Assembly (NCBI GenBank): GCA_963676915.2
Contig: CAXXVK010000062.1
Span: 32,001-96,000, forward strand
Source of the DNA: Myxococcota bacterium
Lineage (GTDB): Bacteria > Myxococcota_A > SURF-8 > G963663525
Length of the DNA: 64,000 bases
Direction: 5' to 3'
Every line of letters starts with the position of its first letter. The first letter of the stretch is position 1. Positions 1-8,600 of the stretch are shown one piece after another. Below the pieces are notes generated by a model. That model was not told the origin of the DNA and ran no database searches. It was given only the letters and a program-made list of their open reading frames with translations. The position numbers were made by a program, and so were the translations under genes.

Positions 1-3000
1 ATGTACTATGCTTTGAACTGGGGGAACGAGGTTCCCATGCATCCGGTGCAGATGGCCCACCAAAACTACGATGAAAACAGCCGCTTCTGTTACGGTCTGC
101 TCAACGAATGCACCGGCTATGCAGGCTGGTGGCGGTTCAACGAAGGTGCGGGAACCATCGCCGTGGATTCGAGTGCGAATAAGAATAACGGAGATTTTTA
201 TAGCGATCCCGAATGGGTTGCAGGATATGAAGGGACTGCGCTGGAACTTGACGGGAGTAACGATCACGTTCGAATTCCCGACCACGATAGTTTGGATCTG
301 GCGACGTATTCCTTAGAGGCGGTATTCTGGAAGTACAGCAGTCAAGACCAGATGAATATCATCGTCAAGGGTATGCCGGGAGACCCTGCCAATACGAACT
401 ATTTGCTTGAGTATCACGAGGAAGACACCAACTTCCTTCGTGTGGGCTTCGAGTACAATTCCGGAGCGAATGCCATCATGGATTATGACGCCTCTCTGCC
501 CAATGATTGGACCGAGATTCAAAATACCTATGATGGTGAGTCGCTCTATGCAACTATCAACAATGACGAATCATTGGCAATGTCCATGCTTCAGTCCAAC
601 ACGCCCGGCACTTCAACCACGGGTTTGAGTCTCGGCGGAGCTTACAATCAGGACTTCCCGGTGGATGGTCTCATCGATTCCATTCGCATCATGAACCGCG
701 CCCTGGCTCCCGACGAATTCCTGCACTATCCGCTGGCAAGTATAGCGCTGGGAGATCTTACGACCTCCGATGGAACCACCGCGCTGGACTCCGACGGCGA
801 TGGTATCCCCGACGACGGTGACGGCTCGCTGGCTTCGGGAGATAATCCCTGCATGGGACCGGACGACACCGATTGCGACGACAACTGCCCGACCGTGGTC
901 AATCCCGACCAGGCTGACGCCGATGGCGACGGATACGGCGACTTCTGCGACGGGTGGGTGGCTATCCAAGCCGGAACCTTCTGGATGGGTTCGCCGGATG
1001 GGGTGAGCTGTCCGGCGGGATATCCGGGAGTCTGCAATGCAGAGGATGGGAGAGTCGCCGGAGAGGAACCCTTGCACGAAGTGACGTTGACCTACGATTT
1101 CGAGATGATGCGATACGAAACGTTGCAGGGCGATTTCGAAGACTTGATGAGTTGGAACCCGAGTAATTCGGAATACCTCGGTCCATTGAAATCCGTAGGG
1201 AACGTGAGTGGATACGATGCTTTAGCCTATGCTAACCAATTGTCGATACAAGCAGGCTTAACGCCCTGTTATGTGATGTCGGAAGTCGTCTGTGAGGATG
1301 CTTCCTCGCAGGGGGCCAACTACATGGCTTGTATCAACGAGACACAGGGCGGTATCCAATCGGCGACTGTTGATTTTGCCGACAATGCTGTCAAACCGCA
1401 GCAATGTGAAGGATACCGGTTGCCGACCGAAGCCGAGTGGGAATACGCCATTCGTGCAGGGAACCAATACTCACCGTTCTACCTCAGTGATGGCAATGAT
1501 GGAAGCATTACATACACCGATGGGGAAACCCTCGATCCGAATCTGAATCAAATCGCGTGGTATGCCGCAAACTCAGATTTAGAGACCCATGAAGCGGGTC
1601 AAAAAGAACCGAACGATTGGGGTTTGTACGATATGAGCGGTAACCAGTGGGAGAAAGTCTGGGATAACTTCTGCGCCGCTTATGCGACCGGAGTCGATCC
1701 CGATGGGAGTGAATGCGAAAGTTCGACACAGGTCATACGTGGAGGAAGTATTCATGATCCTGCACTCAACTGCCGATCGGCCAGTCGGGAGGACTACTCG
1801 TTTGGGACGCGCATGATCGGTATGGGTTTCCGGCTGGTAAGGACGTTGCAAGACCCTGAAAATCCTGATCGAGACAGCATCCCTGCTGACGACGGCGACG
1901 GTACCAGCGACCCCTGCGCGGATGGAAACACTGCAAGCTGTGACGACAACTGCCCGGACGATTACAACCCAGGTCAGGAAGACATGGATGCCGATGGCAT
2001 CGGCGACATCTGCGACCCCGACCGGGATGGCGATGGTCTGGACAACGATGTGGAAACCGATACCGGTGTGTTCACCGATGCTAACGATACCGGAACCAAC
2101 CCTGATGCAGTCGACTCGGACGGGGATGGCTACGATGATGGTTGGGAAGTGGCCAACGGCTACGATCCCAACGATTTTGGAAGCAACCCGTATCGTGACG
2201 AATGGGTGGCTATCGACGCCGGAACGTTCTGGATGGGCACGCCGGATGGGGATTGCCCGGCGGGATATCCGGGGACGTGTATCACCGAACCGGGAAGAAA
2301 CTCCAACGAAGAACTCCACGAAGTGACGTTGACCTACGATTTCGAGATGATGCGGTATGAAGTGACTCAGGCAGAGTGGCAAGCGGCATTCGGGAACAAT
2401 CCGAGCTATTTCGGTCCAAACGGTGATGGAACCAACAGCGGCGATGACGGTCCTGTAGAACGAGTTAATTGGTACGAAGCTTTGGCCTATGCCAATTGGT
2501 TGTCACAACAGGAAGGGTTGACGCCTTGTTACGAGTTGACCGAATGCGTTGGTACCTTGGGTGGCGGCTGTGTTTCTTCTCAACCCCATTGCAACAGTAT
2601 CCAACTACAACTTTATGAATGCACTGCAACCCTTGCAGAGGGCTTTTCGAAACCTCAGGAATGTACCGGTTATCGATTGCCTACCGAAGCGGAATGGGAA
2701 TATGCCATTCGTGCGGGAAATCAATACACGACGCTGTACACGAGTGAAGGCAACGACGGTTCGTTAACCTCGACGGATTGCACGCTGGACAACAATCTCG
2801 ATCAAATCAGTTGGTACTGCGGAAATTCGGATTCCAGAGCGCATTCCAAAGGTGGCAAGGAGGCCAATGCCTGGGGGCTTTACGACATGTCCGGGAACAT
2901 CAGTGAGTGGATATGGGACTATTACGAAGAAGACTACGGTACCGATGCCGTTACCGATCCGGTCGGGGAAACGTCGTTCTGGGCGCACGATGTACGAGGT

Positions 3001-4170
3001 GGTACGTTTGAGTATGAAGCAAGGATGGTACGTTCTGGCTATCGAAACTATATCACCACAGCAAATGGCTCTTATCACATCGGTTTCCGGCTGGTTCGTT
3101 CGTTGCACCCAGAAAGTTGCGATTCCAATACCTGTAACAGCCACGGCACCTGTGACGATACTAGCGGTTTTGCCCTATGCACCTGCAATACAGGCTTTAC
3201 CGGGCAGGATTGCGGTACTTGTGCCGAAGGTTACGAGGGATACCCGGATTGCCAACTTGTTGGCACTCCGGGATTTGTCTCCATCGACGTCGGAACGTTC
3301 TGGATGGGTTCGCCGGATGGGGATTGTCCGACGGGATATCCGGGGACGTGTATTGTCGAGTCGGGACGAGACGCAGAAAGTGAAGAACTTCATGAAGTGA
3401 CCTTGACCTACGATTTCGAGATGCAAGCGCTTGAAGTGACGGAGAGTGAATTCGAGAGGGTGATGAGTTGGAACCCGGTGGATACGTTCGATTCGGTTTG
3501 TACCTATGGCTGTGGAGATGACCATCCGGTGAAGTCCGTGTCCTGGTACGACATGCTGGCCTATGCTAATCAATTGTCTTTGGAAGCGGATCTGACGGCG
3601 TGTTATGTGTTTTCGAATGTACAGTGCGTGGACGACTCGACCCATGGCTCGGATGCCATGGCCTGTATGGATCCCACCCATAGCGGTATCAAGTCGGCGA
3701 CGGTGACGTTGGCAGGGGATGCGACGAACCCGCAGGATTGCGAGGGATATCGTTTGCCTACTGAGGCGGAGTGGGAATATGCAGCGCGTGCGGGTACAAC
3801 AACGGCTTTCTATAATGGGGGTATCACTTACACGGGAAACTCGCCCATTGACCCGAATCTGGATTTGATCGGCTGGTATGGCGGGAATTCAAGCAGTACG
3901 TCACATCCTGTTGGCAGCAAAAATGCGAATGACTGGGGTTTGCACGATATGAGCGGCAACGCATGGGAGTGGACCTGGGACTGGTTCCAGGGAGCTTATG
4001 AGACCGATGTGGCGACCGATCCTGTTGGACCAAGTACTGGCTCGGAACACGTCTTACGTGGCGGCAATTGGGGTTTTTACACGCAGCACTGCCGATCGGC
4101 GTTCCGAGATGGCTACACGCCCGATAGTCGCGCGAGCCACTTCGGTGGCCGCATAGTCCGCACCTTGTAA
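1..4170 (+). CDS. Large modular surface protein (probably 5'-truncated by the window edge): LamG/concanavalin-like domain, TSP3-like Ca-binding Asp repeats, three FGE-sulfatase/C-type-lectin-fold domains, EGF-like module
   Basis: LamG-type motifs (WWRFNEGAGTIAVDSS..NNG, ALELDGSNDHV, GLIDSIRIMNRAL); DSDGDGIPD..DNCP..NPDQADADGDG repeats; three copies of GTFWMGS...YRLPTEAEWEYA...N.WGL.DMSGN...RGG...G.R; EGF-like CNSHGTC..CTCNTGFTGQDC. No signal peptide at position 1. Confidence 0.85.
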   Translation: MYYALNWGNEVPMHPVQMAHQNYDENSRFCYGLLNECTGYAGWWRFNEGAGTIAVDSSANKNNGDFYSDPEWVAGYEGTALELDGSNDHVRIPDHDSLDLATYSLEAVFWKYSSQDQMNIIVKGMPGDPANTNYLLEYHEEDTNFLRVGFEYNSGANAIMDYDASLPNDWTEIQNTYDGESLYATINNDESLAMSMLQSNTPGTSTTGLSLGGAYNQDFPVDGLIDSIRIMNRALAPDEFLHYPLASIALGDLTTSDGTTALDSDGDGIPDDGDGSLASGDNPCMGPDDTDCDDNCPTVVNPDQADADGDGYGDFCDGWVAIQAGTFWMGSPDGVSCPAGYPGVCNAEDGRVAGEEPLHEVTLTYDFEMMRYETLQGDFEDLMSWNPSNSEYLGPLKSVGNVSGYDALAYANQLSIQAGLTPCYVMSEVVCEDASSQGANYMACINETQGGIQSATVDFADNAVKPQQCEGYRLPTEAEWEYAIRAGNQYSPFYLSDGNDGSITYTDGETLDPNLNQIAWYAANSDLETHEAGQKEPNDWGLYDMSGNQWEKVWDNFCAAYATGVDPDGSECESSTQVIRGGSIHDPALNCRSASREDYSFGTRMIGMGFRLVRTLQDPENPDRDSIPADDGDGTSDPCADGNTASCDDNCPDDYNPGQEDMDADGIGDICDPDRDGDGLDNDVETDTGVFTDANDTGTNPDAVDSDGDGYDDGWEVANGYDPNDFGSNPYRDEWVAIDAGTFWMGTPDGDCPAGYPGTCITEPGRNSNEELHEVTLTYDFEMMRYEVTQAEWQAAFGNNPSYFGPNGDGTNSGDDGPVERVNWYEALAYANWLSQQEGLTPCYELTECVGTLGGGCVSSQPHCNSIQLQLYECTATLAEGFSKPQECTGYRLPTEAEWEYAIRAGNQYTTLYTSEGNDGSLTSTDCTLDNNLDQISWYCGNSDSRAHSKGGKEANAWGLYDMSGNISEWIWDYYEEDYGTDAVTDPVGETSFWAHDVRGGTFEYEARMVRSGYRNYITTANGSYHIGFRLVRSLHPESCDSNTCNSHGTCDDTSGFALCTCNTGFTGQDCGTCAEGYEGYPDCQLVGTPGFVSIDVGTFWMGSPDGDCPTGYPGTCIVESGRDAESEELHEVTLTYDFEMQALEVTESEFERVMSWNPVDTFDSVCTYGCGDDHPVKSVSWYDMLAYANQLSLEADLTACYVFSNVQCVDDSTHGSDAMACMDPTHSGIKSATVTLAGDATNPQDCEGYRLPTEAEWEYAARAGTTTAFYNGGITYTGNSPIDPNLDLIGWYGGNSSSTSHPVGSKNANDWGLHDMSGNAWEWTWDWFQGAYETDVATDPVGPSTGSEHVLRGGNWGFYTQHCRSAFRDGYTPDSRASHFGGRIVRTL

Positions 4171-4371
4171 GACCCCAACGATTTCGACCGCGACGGCGGG
4201 GAATAACTCCCTTTTGGCAATTCGAGAATGATTTTCCAACTTGCCCTAGAAGGCTCTGCCTTGTAAACTTGTGAAGCGATGAGATTGGTAGCGACCTCAT
4301 CGCTTCATTTGTTTGTACCCTTTAAAAACTACGTAACACATAGAGTTCATTGGGGGTTTATCGAGTCTGAA

Positions 4372-4854
4372 ATGAAGAAGAAAGCGGCAGATAGCCCATT
4401 CGACTGGGCGGGAAAAATCCTTTCCCGGCGGGAGCATTCCGAGGCGGAATTGCGCCGAAAGATGAAGACCAAAGGTTTCATCACCGAGGATATTGAAAAA
4501 ACCTGTTCTCGGCTGAAAGAACTGGGCTGGCTGGACGACGCCCGTTTTGCTACCATATTTACGAGGGATCTCGTAGAAGTTCGGCACCTTGGTCCGTTTG
4601 CCGTTCGAACGAAACTGCGGGAAAAAGGACTGGAAGACGATATCGTCGAGCGTGCCTTGTCGGAAGTCTCGAACCCCGAGGCCGAACGCCGACGCTTACG
4701 GCAGTGGATCGAGCGTCGCAGCCGGAGTTTGAACGAATCCGATCCGAGAAAACGGCGAGACAAATTGTTCCGCTTTCTTGCACAAAAAGGGTTCGAAATG
4801 GACATGATCCGCAACGTACTCGAAGAAACGATGGATGGTTTCGATGATGAATGA
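4372..4854 (+). CDS. recX: Regulatory protein RecX
   Basis: ILSRREHSEAELRRKM, LKELGWLDDARFA, GPFAVRTKLREKG, LFRFLAQKGF. ATG 4372 preferred to the ORF-track start 4279. Confidence 0.9.
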   Translation: MKKKAADSPFDWAGKILSRREHSEAELRRKMKTKGFITEDIEKTCSRLKELGWLDDARFATIFTRDLVEVRHLGPFAVRTKLREKGLEDDIVERALSEVSNPEAERRRLRQWIERRSRSLNESDPRKRRDKLFRFLAQKGFEMDMIRNVLEETMDGFDDE

Positions 4855-5356
4855 CACTTTGATGCAGCGTTTCGCCTCGGTGAAACTGCTGGTTCTGGAT
4901 GTCGATGGCGTACTGACCGATGGTGGCATCTACTTTGGACCAGGCGGGGAAACCTGGCGTCGTTTTTTCGCCCCCGACGGCCTAGGATTAAAAGCCATGG
5001 CACGATTGGGAGTGCCTTCGGCGATCATCACCGGGTTGGAGTCTGAATCGGTGTCGTTTCGTGCTGAAAGCCTGGGAATCGATCTGGTGATGCAAAATTG
5101 CAAACAAAAAGATCAAAGCTTGCATGAATTACTAGAAAAAACCGGTCACAAAGCCAGCGAGCTCGCGTTCGTTGGGGATGACCTGATCGACCTGCCGGCC
5201 TTGCGACTCGTCGGTCTGCCCATCGCCGTTCTCAATGCTCACCCGGAAGTCAAGGCCGTGGCTCGATACATCACGCGCAAACCGGGAGGATACGGAGCCG
5301 TAAGGGAAGTATGCGAGATGATCTTGCAGGCGAAAGGGCAGGGGATCGAGTATTAA
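4844..5356 (+). CDS. kdsC: KDO 8-phosphate phosphatase (HAD superfamily, KdsC/YrbI)
   Basis: LLVLDVDGVLTDG, DGLGL, AIITG, FVGDDLIDLP, GGYGAVREVCEMIL; overlaps the recX 3' end. Confidence 0.9.
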   Translation: MMNDTLMQRFASVKLLVLDVDGVLTDGGIYFGPGGETWRRFFAPDGLGLKAMARLGVPSAIITGLESESVSFRAESLGIDLVMQNCKQKDQSLHELLEKTGHKASELAFVGDDLIDLPALRLVGLPIAVLNAHPEVKAVARYITRKPGGYGAVREVCEMILQAKGQGIEY

Positions 5357-5524
5357 ACGTTTCCATCTCGCTTAAATGGTCCATGAACCTTCCATAGAAC
5401 CTCACCTCTTTCGAAAAACAAAAAACCTATTGAAATAACAAGGGATTTTGCTGGTGGATAGTGTGTTTGTCTATCATGTCCATTGGTATGCTTATCGATT
5501 CTTTCAAATCAAAAAGGGAAGTTG

Positions 5525-5552
5525 TTGACAGCATGTCTTAAGATGTTAAGCT
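5525..5552 (+). promoter_or_regulatory. Putative sigma70 promoter for the 5615 gene
   Basis: TTGACA (5525-5530), 16 nt, TAAGCT (5547-5552) preceded by TG-n, in AT-rich intergenic DNA. Confidence 0.45.
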
Positions 5553-5614
5553 GCATGAATCTTTTGTAATCATTGGTAAAAAACTATACTTAAATTTTTT
5601 AACGAGGGATTGCC

Positions 5615-8600
5615 ATGAGTCGTATTTTCATCACGTTTTTCGCCTTCATGCTGATGATTTTCTGGATTTCCGGCTGTGAAGAGGATGGAAGCACCGTTTG
5701 GGAACAGGAAGGAGACAAGGATACGGAAAGCTCCGACCAGGACTCGAACAATAACGGTGATGTGGATATCTGGGAAATCACCGATCAGGAAACGATGTGC
5801 GTACCGTTTTCCCGCACTTGCTTCGGAAACTCGGTGTTCATTTGCAGCAACGACGGTTCCAGCTATCTCGAACCGGAAGATTGTCTGGAAGGACAGTTCT
5901 GCAAAGACGGTTCTTGTCACAACGAGCTTTGTGAACCGAACTCCATTATCTGTTCGGACGAGTTTTCCTATTCGATTTGCACGGCCGACGGTTCCGGTTA
6001 CGGAGAAGCTCTTAGTTGTGGTGCAGGGCGGTATTGCCGGGCTGGTGTCTGCAACGTTCAATTGTGCGAACCCAATGAACTGGGTTGCATTGGCAACGAA
6101 ACCGCTCAATGTGCGTCCGACGGTTCGGGCTGGGGGACATCGACTCCCTGCGGAGATATGAAATATTGCAAAGCTGGAGCGTGCCTGGACAAAGTGTGTC
6201 AACCCAATACCTGGGATTGCGACGGAACAAGCGCCAAGCGCCAGTGCAAAGCGGATGGGTCGGGGTGGATCGATCCTGAATCCTGTTTGGAAAGCGAATA
6301 CTGCCAAAGCGGTAGTTGTTTTCCACGCATTTGTTTTCCAGAAGAGACCGTATGCGAAGGCAATGCCGTCAAAACGTGCAACGATCTGGGATCGGGGTAT
6401 GGTGAACCGGTAGCCTGCGAAGCCAGCGAAAGCTGCATCGCAGGAGACTGCCAGCCTACCGCCTGCACACCGAACAGCAAAACCTGTAGTGGAAACAATG
6501 TGTTAACCTGTTTGCCAAGTGGCAATGGATATAGCGAACCAAGTGAATGCCCGGATTCGACCTATTGCGAGGCAGGGGCCTGTGAAAACCAGGTTTGCAC
6601 GCCGCTTTCCCGAAAATGTAACGAAAATGGGGAAGTTGTCACCTGCAAAAGCAACGGATCTTCCTGGGGAGTTCCAACCACTTGCGGGGATGATACGTAT
6701 TGCTCCGAAGGATATTGCCTGAATCAGATTTGCGAACCGGGAGATTCGGTTTGTGAAGATCTCTATTCCTACATGACGTGCAACGAACAAGGCTCCGGTT
6801 ACGGTGACGCTTCGAATTGCGGAGAAAACAAAGTCTGTATCAGTGGAGATTGCGTAGATCAAACCTGTGAACCGAATTCGACACGCTGCGAAGGCAACAG
6901 CGTTGTGGTCTGTCACCCGGACGGAACAGGATACTCCACGCCTCGCGATTGTGGAGAGGACAGCTATTGTCAGGATGGAACCTGCCATACACAGGTCTGC
7001 GAACCCTTCGAAAACAGTTGTGACGGCAACAGTGTCTTGACGTGCAACGAACAAGGGTCAGGCTGGGGAGATCCCGTGCCTTGCGGCGACAACACTTATT
7101 GTCGCTCTGGGCGTTGTGAAGAATTGCTGTGTGAACCGAATGAATACATCTGCTCGGACAATTTCCACTACCGCCTTTGCAACAACGATGGGACCGATTG
7201 GGGGGACGAGCACTCCTGTCCGGCTAACCAATATTGCGAAGACGGGGGATGTCTGGATCAGGTCTGCGAACCCGATGAGCGGCAGTGTTTAAGCAGCACC
7301 AGTTATCGTGTCTGTGATGCCAAAGGTTCGGCATGGTTGCCGGATAGCACATGTATAGATAACGATGTTTGTTACGAAGGCGCTTGTCACGATCCAAACG
7401 ACGTTCCAGACCCGACGATTGAAGTCTCGTTCGTTCGTCCGCAACCCGGCTCTACCATGGAACTCACGCAAGGAGAAAATCTCGGGATTTTGGTCAATGC
7501 GGTGATGAACAGCGGGTCGATCGCTTCGGTAGACCTTCTTGTGGATGGCGAGCTTTTCCAGTCCGATTCCGAACTGCCTTACGAATTCGATTATTTAGTG
7601 CCGACAACGGCGCAGACCGGCGCGGTTTTCGAACTGGAAGCCCGTGCGAATGGAAGTAACGGACGCTACAATCTTTCGGAAGCCTCTTTCATTGAAGTAC
7701 GCAACGACCCACCCATGGCCGTGTTTACGGCGACGGTTTCGGGGGATCGGCTGGCTACGGTGGATGCATCGGCCTCGGAAGATCGTGAAACGCCGGGCGA
7801 GGAGTTGGAGGTGCGTTGGGATTGGGAAAACGACGGGACGTTCACCGAATGGACCACCGAAAAAGTCGCCTCCCACGAATACGCGGACTACGGTGAATAC
7901 ACCATCGCCATGGAAGTGCGGGATGGCGTGAATCAGACGGCTTCGACGACGAAGATTGTAAGTTTCAGCGACACGGATTACGTCGGCGGTGAAATCAGCG
8001 AAAGCACGACCTGGTACGGTACTATCGTGATTACCGGGGACGTCATCGTACCCAACGGAGTTACGTTGACCGTTTCGGAAGGCACGCAGGTGCTGTTTGT
8101 TTTCCAGGATACTCAGCCGGAAGACGGTGTTGGCGATTATGGAATCACCGTGGAATCCGGCGGAAAACTGCTGGTGGAAGGAACCGGAACATCTCCTGTG
8201 TTGTTCAGTAGTTATGGAACCGACCATAGGACGAGCGGTGCTTGGGAGGAAATCGCGATATCGGGCTCCGAGTCGAGCATCGAAGGCGCGGTGATCGAGT
8301 ATGGAGACAAATGTCTCGACTGGAAAACCAACGGGTCGATGAGCGACCTTGAGGTTCGGACCTGCAAATCCTGGGGAGTACGTCTCACTGGTTCTGGAGC
8401 GTCGAACGTTTCGGCGTCCTTGCTGTCGATTCACGGTTGCAATGATGTGGGGCTACTCGTCGAATCCGGTAGCACCAATTATGCTTTCGAATCCTATATT
8501 GCTTACGAAAACGGCGGGGCGGGAGCTTCTTTCCAAAGCGCGGGAAGCGGAATGCTCGATGGTTGCGACATTTCCGACAACGGAACCTCCGGTATTCTCG

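Noticed and set aside
1-4170. Complete diversity-generating retroelement or a true formylglycine-generating enzyme
   Set aside because: No reverse transcriptase, accessory gene or adenine-variant template repeat was seen in the window, and the catalytic Cys pair of FGE is absent.
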